Assembly (NCBI RefSeq): GCF_009914755.1
Contig: NC_060925.1
Reading direction: 5' to 3' (one strand)
Source: the human T2T-CHM13v2.0 reference genome, Homo sapiens
Length of the DNA stretch: 64,000 nt
A model generated the notes under the pieces. That model did not search any database. It was not told where the DNA came from and was given only the letters and a program-made list of their open reading frames with translations. The position numbers and the translations under genes were made by a program. Below, one piece after another: positions 12,099 through 25,600 of this stretch (position 1 is its first letter; each line of letters begins with the position of its first letter).

Positions 12099-14342
12099 AT
12101 GGAATCGTCATCGAATGAATTGAATGCAATCATCGAATGGCCTCGAATGGAATCATCTTCTAATGGAAAGGAATGGAATCATCGCATAGAATCGAATGGA
12201 ATTATCATCGAATGGAATCGAATGGTATCAACACCAAACGGAAAAAAACGGAATTATCAAATGGAATCGAAGAGAATCTTCGAACGGACCCGAATGGAAT
12301 CATCTAATGGAATGGAATGGAATAATCCATGGACTCGAATGCAATCATCATCGAATGGAATCGAATGGAATCATCGAATGGAATCGAATGGAATAATCAT
12401 TGAACGGAATCGAATGGAATCATCATCGGATGGAAACGAATGGAATCATCATCGAATGGAAATGAAAGGAGTCATCATCTAATGGAATTGCATGGAATCA
12501 TCATAAAATGGAATCGAATGGAATCAACATCAAATGGAATCAAATGGAATCATTGAACGGAATTGAATGGAATCGTCATCGAATGAATTGACTGCAATCA
12601 TCGAATGGTCTCGAATGGAATCATCTTCAAATGGAATGGAATGGAATCATCGCATAGAATCGAATGGAATTATCATCGAATGGAATCGAATGGTATCAAC
12701 ACCAAACGGAAAAAAACGGAATTATCGAATGGAATCGAAGAGAATCTTCGAACGGACCCGAATGGAATCATCTAATGGAATGGAATGGAATGATCCATAG
12801 ACTCGAATGCAATCATCATCGAATGGAATCGAATGGAATCATCGAATGGACTCGAATGGAATAATCATTGAACGGAATCGAATGGAATCATCATCGGATG
12901 GAAACGAATGGAATCATCATCGAATGGAAATGAAAGGAGTCATCATCTAATGGAATTGCATGGAATCATCATAAAATGGAATCGAATGGAATCAACATCA
13001 AATGGAATCAAATGGAATCATTGAACGGAATTGAATGGAATCGTCATCGAATGAATTGACTGCAATCATCGAATGGTCTCGAATGGAATCATCTTCAAAT
13101 GGAATGGAATGCAATCATCGCATAGAATCGAATGGAATTATCATCGAATGGAATCGAATGGAATCAACATCAAACGGAAAAAAACAGAATTATCGTATGG
13201 AATCGAAGAGAATCATCGAATGGACCCGAATGGAATCATCTAATGGAATGGAATGGAATAATCCATGGACTCGAATGCAATCATCATCGAATGGAATCGA
13301 ATGGAATCATCGAATGGACTCGAATGGAATAATCATTGAACGGAATCGAATGGAATCATCATCGGATGGAAATGAATGGAATCATCATCCAATGGAATCG
13401 AATAGAATTATGGAATGAAATCCAGTGTGATCATCATCGAATGGACCCGAATGGAATCATCATCCAACGGAAGCTAATGGAATCAACATCGAATGAATCG
13501 AATGGAAACACCATCGAATTGAAACGAATGGAATTATCATGAAATTGAAATGGATGGACTCATCATCGAATGGATTCGAATGGAATCATCGAATAAAATT
13601 GATTGAAATCATCATCAAATGGAATCGAATAGTATCATTGAATGGAATCGAATGGAATCATCATCAGATGGAAATGAATGGAATCGTCATAGAATGGAAT
13701 CGAATGGATTCATTGAATGGAATCAGATGGAATCATCGAATGGACTGGAATGGAATCATTGAATGGACTCGAAAGGGATCATTATTGAATGGAATTGAAT
13801 GGAATCATCGAATGGTCTCGATTGGAATCATTATCAAATGGAATCGAATGGAATCACCGAATAGAATCGAATGGAACAATCATCGAATGGACTCAAATGG
13901 AGTTATCCTCAAATGGAATCGAATGGAATTATCGAATGCAATCGAATGGAATTATCGAATGCAATCGAATAGAATCATCGAATGGACTCGAATGGAATCA
14001 TCGAATGGAATGGAATAGAACAGTCAATGAACTCGAATGGAATCATAATTGAATGGAATCGAATGGAATCATCGAGTGGAATCGAATGGAATTATGATCA
14101 AATGGAATCGAATGTAATCATCATCAAATGGAATCAAAAATAACCATCATCAATTGGTATTGAATGGAATTGTCATCAAATGGAATTCAAAGGAATCATC
14201 ATCAAATGGAACCGAATGGAAGCCTCATTGAATGGAAATGAAAGGGGTCATCATCTAATGGAATTGCATGGAATCATCATCAAATGGAATCGAATGGAAT
14301 CATCATCAAATGGAATCTAATGGAATCATTGAACAGAATTGA
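12099..14342 (+). repeat. 2244-bp unit with an extra hybrid 468-bp module
   Basis: Module starts 12099, 12567, 13035 (468 apart), then 14343. Confidence 0.88.
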
Positions 14343-17300
14343 ATGGAATCGTCATCGAATGAATTGAATGCAATCATCGAATGGTCTCGAATGGAATCAT
14401 CTTCTAATGGAAAGGAATGGAATCATCGCATAGAATCGAATGGAATTATCATCGAATGGAATCGAATGGTATCAACACCAAACGGAAAAAAACGGAATTA
14501 TCGAATGGAATCGAAGAGAATCTTCGAACGGACCCGAATGGAATCATCTAATGGAATGGAACGGAATAATCCATGGACTCGAATGCAATCATCATCGAAT
14601 GGAATCGAATGGAATCATCGAATGGACTCGAATGGAATAATCATTGAACGGAATCGAATGGAATCATCATCGGATGGAAACGAATGGAATCATCATCCAA
14701 TGGAAATGAAAGGAGTCATCATCTAATGGAATTGCATGGAATCATCATAAAATGGAATCGAATGGAATCAACATCAAATGGAATCAAATGGAATCATTGA
14801 ACGGAATTGAATGGAATCGTCATCGAATGAATTGAATGCAATCATCGAATGGTCTCGAATTGAATCATCTTCAAATGGAATGGAATGGAATCATCGCATA
14901 GAATCGAATGGAAGTATCATCGAATGGAATCGAATGGAATCAACATCAAACGGAAAAAAACGGAATTATCGAATGGAATCGAAGAGAATCATCGAATGGA
15001 CCCGAATGGAATCATCTAATGGAATGGAATGGAATAATCCATGCACTCGAATGCAATCATCATCGAATGGAATCGAATGGAATCATCGAATGGACTCGAA
15101 TGGAATAATCATTGAACGGAATCGAATGGAATCATCATCGGATGGAAATGAATGGAATCATCATCGAATGGAATCGAATAGAATTATGGAATGAAATCCA
15201 GTGTGATCATCATCGAATGGACCCGAATGGAATCATCATCCAACTGAAGCTAATGGAATCAACATCGAATGAATCGAATGGAAACACCATCGAATTGAAA
15301 CGAATGGAATTATCATGAAATTGAAATGGATGGACTCATCATCGAATGGATTCGAATGGAATCATCGAATAAAATTGATTGAAATCATCATCCAATGGAA
15401 TCGAATGGTATCATTGAATGGAATCGAATGGAATCATCATCAGATGGAAATGAATGGAATCGTCATAGAATGGAATCGAATGGATTCATTGAATGGAATC
15501 AGATGGAATCATCGAATGGACTGGAATGGAATCATTGAATGGACTCGAAAGGGATCATGATTGAATGGAATTGAATGGAATCATCGAATGGTCTCGATTG
15601 GAATCATTAACAAATGGAATCGAATGGAATCACCGAATAGAATCGAATGGAACAATCATCGAATGGACTCAAATGGAATTATCCTCCAATGGAATCGAAT
15701 GGAATTATCGAATGCAATCGAATGGAATTATCGAATGCAATCGAATAGAATCATCGAATGGACTCGAATGGAATCATCGAATGGAATGGAATGGAACAGT
15801 CAAGGAACTCGAATGGAATCATCATTGAATGGAATCGAATGGAATCATCGAGTGGAATCGAATGGAAATATGATCAAATGGAATCGAATATAATCATCAT
15901 CAAATGGAATCAAAAATAACCATCATTAATTGGTATTGAATGGAATTCTCATCAAATGGAATTCAAAGGAATCATCATCAAATGGAACTGAATGGAATCC
16001 TCATTGAATGGAAATGAAAGGGGTCATCATCTAATGGAATCGCATGGAATCATCATCAAATGGAATCGAATGGAATCATCATCAAATGGAATCTGATGGA
16101 ATCATTGAACAGAATTGAATGGAATCGTCATCGAATGAATTGAATGCAATCATCGAATGGTCTCGAATGTAATCACATTCTAATGGAAAGGAATGGAATC
16201 ATCGCATAGAATCGAATGGAATTAACATTGAATGGACTCGAATGGAATCAACATCAAATGAAATCAAGCGGAATTATCGAATGAAATCGAAGAGAATCAT
16301 CGAATGGACTCGAATGGAATCATCTAATGGAATGGAATGGAATAATCCACGGACTCGAATGCAATCATCATTGTATAGAATCGAATGGAATCATCGAATG
16401 GACTCGAATGGAATAACCATTGAACGGAATAGAATGGAATCATCATCGGAAGGAAACGAATGGAATCATCATCGAATGGAAATGTAAGGAGTCATCATCT
16501 AATGGAATTGCATGGAATCATCATAAAATGGAATCGAATGGAATCATCATCAAATGGAATCAAATGGAATCATTGAACGGAATTGAATGGAATCGTCATC
16601 GAATGAATTGAATGCAATCATCGAATGGTCTCGAATGGAATCATCTTCAAATGGAATGGAATGGAATCATCGCATAGAATCGAATGGAATTATCATCGAA
16701 TGGAATCGAATGGTATCAACATCAAACGGAAAAAAACGGAATTATCGAATGGAATCGAAGAGAATCTTCGAACGGACCCGAAAGGAATCATCTAATGGAA
16801 TGGAATGGAATAATCCATGGACTCGAATGCAATCATCATCGAATGGAATCGAATGGAATCATTGAATGGACTCGAATGGAATAATCATTGAACGGAATCG
16901 AATGGAATCATCATCGGATGGAAATGAATGGAATCATCATCGAATGGAATCGAATAGAATTATGGAATGAAATCCAGTGTGATCATCATCGAATGGACCC
17001 GAATGGAATCATCATCCAACGGAAGCTAATGGAATCAACATCGAATGAATCGAATGGAAACACCATCGAATTGAAACGAATGGAATTATCATGAAATTGA
17101 AATGGATGGACTCATCATCGAATGGATTCGAATGGAATCATCGAATAAAATTGATTGAAATCATCATCGAATGGAATCGAATGGTATCATTGAATGGAAT
17201 CGAATGGAATCGTCATCAGATGGAAATGAATGGAATCCTCATAGAATGGAATCGAATGGATTCATTGAATAGAATCAGATGGAATCATCGAATGGACTGG

Positions 17301-19670
17301 AATGGAATCATTGAATGGACTCGAAAGGGATCATTATTGAATGGAATTGAATGGAATCATCGAATGGTCTCGATTGGAATCATTATCAAATGGAATCGAA
17401 TGGAATCACCGAATAGAATCGAATGGAACAATCATCGAATGGACTCAAATGGAATTATCCTCAAATGGAATCGAATGGAATTATCGAATGCAATCGAATG
17501 GAATTATCGAATGCAATCGAATAGAATCATCGAAAGGACTCGAATGGAATCATCGAATGGAATGGAATGGAACAGTCAATGGACTCGAATGGAATCATCA
17601 TTGAATGGAATCGAATGGAATCATCGAGTGGAATCGAATGGAATTATGATCAAATGGAATCGAATGTAATCATCATCAAATGGAATCAAAAATAACCATC
17701 ATCAATTGGTATTGAATGGAATTGTCATCAAATGGAATTCAAAGGAATCATCATCAAATGGAACCGAATGGAAGCCTCATTGAATGGAAATGAAAGGGGT
17801 CATCATCTAATGGAATCGCATGGAATCATCATCAAATGGAATCGAATGGAATCATCATCAAATGGAATCTAATGGAATCATTGAACAGAATTGAATGGAA
17901 TCGTCATCGAATGAATTGAATGCAATCATCGAATGGTCTCGAATGGAATCATCTTCTAATGGAAAGGAATGGAATCATCGCATAGAATCGAATGGAATTA
18001 TCATCGAATGGAATCGAATGGTATCAACACCAAACGGAAAAAAACGGAATTATCGAATGGAATCGAAGAGAATCTTCGAACGGACCCGAATGGAATCATC
18101 TAATGGAATGGAACGGAATAATCCATGGACTCGAATGCAATCATCATCGAATGGAATCGAATGGAATCATCGAATGGACTCGAATGGAATAATCATTGAA
18201 CGGAATCGAATGGAATCATCATCGGATGGAAACGAATGGAATCATCATACAATGGAAATGAAAGGAGTCATCATCTAATGGAAATGCATGGAATCATCAT
18301 AAAATGGAATCGAATGGAATCAACATCAAATGGAATCAAATGGAATAATTGAACGGAAATGAATGGAATCGTCATCGAATGAATTGAATGCAATCATCGA
18401 ATGGTCTAGAATTGAATCATCTTCAATTGGAATGGAATGGAATCATCGCATAGAATCGAATGGAAGTATCATCGAATGGAATCGAATGGAATCAACATCA
18501 AACGGAAAAAAACGGAATTATCGAATGGAATCGAAGAGAATCATCGAATGGACCCGAATGGAATCATCTAATGGAATGGAATGGAATAATCCATGGACTC
18601 GAATGCAATCATCATCGAATGGAATCGAATGGAATCATCGAATGGACTCGAATGGAATAATCATTGAACGGAATCGAATGGAATCATCATCGGATGGAAA
18701 TGAATGGAATCATCATCGAATGGAATCGAATAGAATTATGGAATCAAATCCAGTGTGATCATCATCGAATGGACCCGAATGGAATCATCATCCAACGGAA
18801 GCTAATGGAATCAACATCGAATGAATCGAATGGAAACACCATCGAATTGAAACGAATGGAATTATCATGAAATTGAAATGGATGGACTCATCATCGAATG
18901 GATTCGAATGGAATCATCGAATAAAATTGATTGAAATCATCATCCAATGGAATCGAATGGTATCATTGAATGGAATCGAATGGAATCATCATCAGATGGA
19001 AATGAATGGAATCGTCATAGAATGGAATCGAATGGATTCATTGAATGGAATCAGATGGAATCATCGAATGGACTGGAATGGAATCATTGAATGGACTCGA
19101 AAGGGATCATGATTGAATGGAATTGAATGGAATCATCGAATGGTCTCGATTGGAATCATTAACAAATGGAATCGAATGGAATCACCGAATAGAATCGAAT
19201 GGAACAATCATCGAATGGACTCAAATGGAATTATCCTCCAATGGAATCGAATGGAATTATCGAATGCAATCGAATGGAATTATCGAATGCAATCGAATAG
19301 AATCATCGAAAGGACTCGAATGGAATCATCGAATGGAATGGAATGGAACAGTCAATGAACTCGAATGGAATCATCATTGAATGGAATCGAATGGAATCAT
19401 CGAGTGGAATCGAATGGAATTATGATCAAATGGAATCGAATGTAATCATCATCAAATGGAATCAAAAATAACCATCATCAATTGGTATTGAATGGAATTG
19501 TCATCAAATGGAATTCAAAGGAATCATCATCAAATGGAACCGAATGGAAGCCTCATTGAATGGAAATGAAAGGGGTCATCATCTAATGGAATCGCATGGA
19601 ATCATCATCAAATGGAATCGAATGGAATCATCATCAAATGGAATCTAATGGAATCATTGAACAGAATTGA

Positions 19671-22600
19671 ATGGAATCGTCATCGAATGAATTGAATGCA
19701 ATCATCGAATGGTCTCGAATGGAATCATCTTCTAATGGAAAGGAATGGAATCATCGCATAGAATCGAATGGAATTATCATCGAATGGAATCGAATGGTAT
19801 CAACACCAAACGGAAAAAAACGGAATTATCGAATGGAATCGAAGAGAATCTTCGAACGGACCCGAATGGAATCATCTAATGGAATGGAACGGAATAATCC
19901 ATGGACTCGAATGCAATCATCATCGAATGGAATCGAATGGAATCATCGAATGGACTCGAATGGAATAATCATTGAACGGAATCGAATGGAATCATCATCG
20001 GATGGAAACGAATGGAATCATCATACAATGGAAATGAAAGGAGTCATCATCTAATGGAAATGCATGGAATCATCATAAAATGGAATCGAATGGAATCAAC
20101 ATCAAATGGAATCAAATGGAATAATTGAACGGAAATGAATGGAATCGTCATCGAATGAATTGAATGCAATCATCGAATGGTCTAGAATTGAATCATCTTC
20201 AAATGGAATGGAATGGAATCATCGCATAGAATCGAATGGAAGTATCATCGAATGGAATCGAATGGAATCAACATCAAACGGAAAAAAACGGAATTATCGA
20301 ATGGAATCGAAGAGAATCTTCGAACGGACCCGAATGGAATCATCTAATGGAATGGAATGGAATAATCCATGGACTCGAATGCAATCATCATCGAATGGAA
20401 TCGAATGGAATCATCGAATGGACTCGAATGGAATAATCATTGAACGGAATCGAATGGAATCATCATCGGATGGAAATGAAAGGAGTCATCATCTAATGGA
20501 ATTGCATGGAATCATCATAAAATGGAATCGAATGGAATCAACATCAAATGGAATCAAATGGAATCATTGAACGGAATTGAATGGAATCGTCATCGAATGA
20601 ATTGAATGCAATCATCGAATGGTCTCGAATGGAATCATCTTCAAATGGAATGGAATGGAATCATCGCATAGAATCGAATGGAATTATCATCGAATGGAAT
20701 CGAATGGAATCAACATCAAACGGAAAAAAACGGAATTATCGAATGGAATCGAAGAGAATCATCGAATGGACCCGAATGGAATCATCTAATGGAATGGAAT
20801 GGAATAATCCATGGACTCGAATGCAATCATCATCGAATGGAATCAAATGGAATCATCGAATGGACTCGAATGGAATAATCATTGAACGGAATCGAATGGA
20901 ATCATCATCGGATGGAAATGAATGGAATCATCATCGAATGGAATCGAATAGAATTATGGAATGAAATCCAGTGTGATCATCATCGAATGGACCCGAATGG
21001 AATCATCATCCAACGGATGCTAATGGAATCAACATCGAATGAATCAAATGGAAACACCATCGAATTGAAACGAATGGAATTACCATGAAATTGAAATGGA
21101 TGGACTCATCATCGAATGGATTCGAAAGGAATCATCGAATAAAATTGATTGAAATCATCATCGAATGGAATCGAATGGTATCATTGAATGGAATCGAATG
21201 GAATCATCATCAGATGGAAATGAATGGAATCGTCATAGAATGGAATCGAATGGATTCATTGAATGGAATCAGATGGAATCATCGAATGGACTGGAATGGA
21301 ATCATTGAATGGACTCGAAAGGGATCATGATTGAATGGAATTGAATGGAATCATCGAATGGTCTCGATTGGAATCATTAACAAATGGAATCGAATGGAAT
21401 CACCGAATAGAATCGAATGGAACAATCATCGAATGGACTCAAATGGAATTATCCTCCAATGGAATCGAATGGAATTATCGAATGCAATCGAATGGAATTA
21501 TCGAATGCAATCGAATAGAATCATCGAAAGGACTCGAATGGAATCATCGAATGGAATGGAATGGAACAGTCAATGAACTCGAATGGAATCATCATTGAAT
21601 GGAATCGAATGGAATCATCGAGTGGAATCGAATGGAATTATGATCAAATGGAATCGAATGTAATCATCATCAAATGGAATCAAAAATAACCATCATCAAT
21701 TGGTATTGAATGGAATTGTCATCAAATGGAATTCAAAGGAATCATCATCAAATGGAACCGAATGGAAGCCTCATTGAATGGAAATGAAAGGGGTCATCAT
21801 CTAATGGAATCGCATGGAATCATCATCAAATGGAATCGAATGGAATCATCATCAAATGGAATCTAATGGAATCATTGAACAGAATTGAATGGAATCGTCA
21901 TCGAATGAATTGAATGCAATCATCGAATGGTCTCGAATGGAATCATCTTCTAATGGAAAGGAATGGAATCATCGCATAGAATCGAATGGAATTATCATCG
22001 AATGGAATCGAATGGTATCAACACCAAACGGAAAAAAACGGAATTATCGAATGGAATCGAAGAGAATCTTCGAACGGACCCGAATGGAATCATCTAATGG
22101 AATGGAACGGAATAATCCATGGACTCGAATGCAATCATCATCGAATGGAATCGAATGGAATCATCGAATGGACTCGAATGGAATAATCATTGAACGGAAT
22201 CGAATGGAATCATCATCGGATGGAAACGAATGGAATCATCATACAATGGAAATGAAAGGAGTCATCATCTAATGGAAATGCATGGAATCATCATAAAATG
22301 GAATCGAATGGAATCAACATCAAATGGAATCAAATGGAATAATTGAACGGAAATGAATGGAATCGTCATCGAATGAATTGAATGCAATCATCGAATGGTC
22401 TAGAATTGAATCATCTTCAAATGGAATGGAATGGAATCATCGCATAGAATCGAATGGAAGTATCATCGAATGGAATCGAATGGAATCAACATCAAACGGA
22501 AAAAAACGGAATTATCGAATGGAATCGAAGAGAATCTTCGAACGGACCCGAATGGAATCATCTAATGGAATGGAATGGAATAATCCATGGACTCGAATGC

Positions 22601-25600
22601 AATCATCATCGAATGGAATCGAATGGAATCATCGAATGGACTCGAATGGAATAATCATTGAACGGAATCGAATGGAATCATCATTGGATGGAAATGAAAG
22701 GAGTCATCATCTAATGGAATTGCATGGAATCATCATAAAATGGAATCGAATGGAATCAACATCAAATGGAATCAAATGGAATCATTGAACGGAATTGAAT
22801 GGAATCGTCATCGAATGAATTGAATGCAATCATCGAATGGTCTCGAATGGAATCATCTTCAAATGGAATGGAATGGAATCATCGCATAGAATCGAATGGA
22901 ATTATCATCGAATGGAATCGAATGGAATCAACATCAAACGGAAAAAAACGGAATTCTCGAATGGAATCGAAGAGAATCATCGAATGGACCCGAATGGAAT
23001 CATCTAATGGAATGGAATGGAATAATCCATGGACTCGAATGCAATCATCATCGAATGGAATCGAATGGAAACATCCAATGGACTCGAATGGAATAATCAT
23101 TGAACGGAATCGAATGGAATCATCATCGGATGGAAATGAATGGAATCATCATCGAATGGAATCGAATAGAATTATGGAATGAAATCCAGTGTGATCATCA
23201 TCGAATGGACCCGAATGGAATCATCATCCAACGGATGCTAATGGAATCAACATCGAATGAATCAAATGGAAACACCATCGAATTGAAACGAATGGAATTA
23301 CCATGAAATTGAAATGGATGGACTCATCATCGAATGGATTTGAAAGGAATCATCGAATAAAATTGATTGAAATCATCATCGAATGGAATCGAATGGTATC
23401 ATTGAATGGAATCGAATGGAATCATCATCAGATGGAAATGAATGGAATCGTCATAGAATGGAATCGAATGGATTCATTGAATGGAATCAGATGGAATCAT
23501 CGAATGGACTGGAATGGAATCATTGAATGGACTCGAAAGAGATCATGATTGAATGGAATTGAATGGAATCATCGAATGGTCTCGATTGGAATCATTATCA
23601 AATGGAATCGAATGGAATCACCGAATAGAATCGAATGGAACAATCATCGAATGGACTCAAATGGAATTATCCTCCAATGGAATCGAATGGAATTATCGAA
23701 TGCAATCGAATGGAATTATCGAATGCAAACGAATAGAATCATCGAATGGACTCGAATGGAATCATCGAATGGAATGGAATGGAACAGTCAATGAACTCGA
23801 ATGGAATCATCATTGAATGGAATCGAATGGAATCATCGAGTGGAATCGAATGGAATTATGATCAAATGGAATCGAATGTAATCATCATCAAATGGAATCA
23901 AAAATAACCATCATCAATTGGTATTGAATGGAATTGTCATCAAATGGAATTCAAAGGAAACATCATCAAATGGAACCGAATGGAATCCTCATTGAATGGA
24001 AATGAAAGGGGTCATCATCTAATGGAATCGCATGGAATCATCATCAAATGGAATCGAATGGAATCATCATGAAATGGAATCTAATGGAATCATTGAACAG
24101 AATTGAATGGAATCGTCATCGAATGAATTGAATGCAATCATCGAATGGTCTCGAATGGAACCATCTTCTAATGGAAAGGAATGGAATCATCGCATAGAAT
24201 CGAATGGAATTATCATCGAATGGAATCGAATGGTATCAACACCAAACGGAAAAAAACGGAATTATCGAATGGAATCGAAGAGAATCTTCGAACGGACCCG
24301 AATGGAATCATCTAATGGAATGGAATGGAATAATCCATGGACTCGAATGCAATCATCATCGAATGGAATCGAATGGAATCATCGAATGGACTCGAATGGA
24401 ATAATCATTGAACGGAATCGAATGGAATCATCATCGGATGGAAACGAATGGAATCATCATCGAATGGAAATGAAAGGAGTCATCATCTAATGGAATTGCA
24501 TGGAATCATCATAAAATGGAATCGAATGGAATCAACATCAAATGGAATCAAATGGAATCATTGAACGGAATTGAATGGAATCGTCATCGAATGAATTGAA
24601 TGCAATCATCGAATGGTCTCGAATGGAATCATCTTCAAATGGAATGGAATGGAATCATCGCATAGAATCGAATGAAATTATCATCGAATGGAATCGAATG
24701 GAATCAACATCAAACGGAAAAAAACGGAATTATCGAATGGAATCGAAGAGAATCATCGAATGGACCCGAATGGAATCATCTAATGGAATGGAATGGAATA
24801 ATCCATGGACTCGAATGCAATCATCATCGAATGGAATCGAATGGAATCATCGAATGGACTCGAATGGAATAATCATTGAACGGAATCGAATGGAATCATC
24901 ATCGGATGGAAATGAAAGGAGTCATCATCTAATGGAATTGCATGGAATCATCATAAAATGGAATCGAATGGAATCAACATCAAATGGAATCAAATGGAAT
25001 CATTGAACGGAATTGAATGGAATCGTCATCGAATGAATTGAATGCAATCATCGAATGGTCTCGAATGGAATCATCTTCAAATGGAATGGAATGGAATCAT
25101 CGCATAGAATCGAATGGAATTATCATCGAATGGAATCGAATGGAATCAACATCAAACGGAAAAAAACGGAATTATCGAATGGAATCGAAGAGAATCATCG
25201 AATGGACCCGAATGGAATCATCTAATGGAATGGAATGGAATAATCCATGGACTCGAATGCAATCATCATCGAATGGAATCAAATGGAATCATCGAATGGA
25301 CTCGAATGGAATAATCATTGAACGGAATCGAATGGAATCATCATCGGATGGAAATGAATGGAATCATCATCGAATGGAATCGAATAGAATTATGGAATGA
25401 AATCCAGTGTGATCATCATCGAATGGACCCGAATGGAATCATCATCCAACGGATGCTAATGGAATCAACATCGAATGAATCAAATGGAAACACCATCGAA
25501 TTGAAACGAATGGAATTACCATGAAATTGAAATGGATGGACTCATCATCGAATGGATTCGAAAGGAATCATCGAATAAAATTGATTGAAATCATCATCGA

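Larger units (their letters stand above)
1..19670 (+). repeat. Heterogeneous domain of mostly 1776-bp units (module A 468 bp + module B/core 1308 bp) with structural variants
   Basis: Landmark starts 959, 2735, 4658, 6434, 7742, 9518, 11092, 13336, 15112, 16888, 18664, giving spacings 1776, 1923, 1776, 1308, 1776, 1574, 2244, 1776, 1776, 1776. Many private substitutions per unit. Confidence 0.9.

Noticed and set aside
22879-23100. The only minus-strand ORF (73 aa), possible inversion
   Set aside because: The DNA keeps the same orientation. The ORF arises from point changes (gaattctcga, ggaaacatcc) that remove stop codons.
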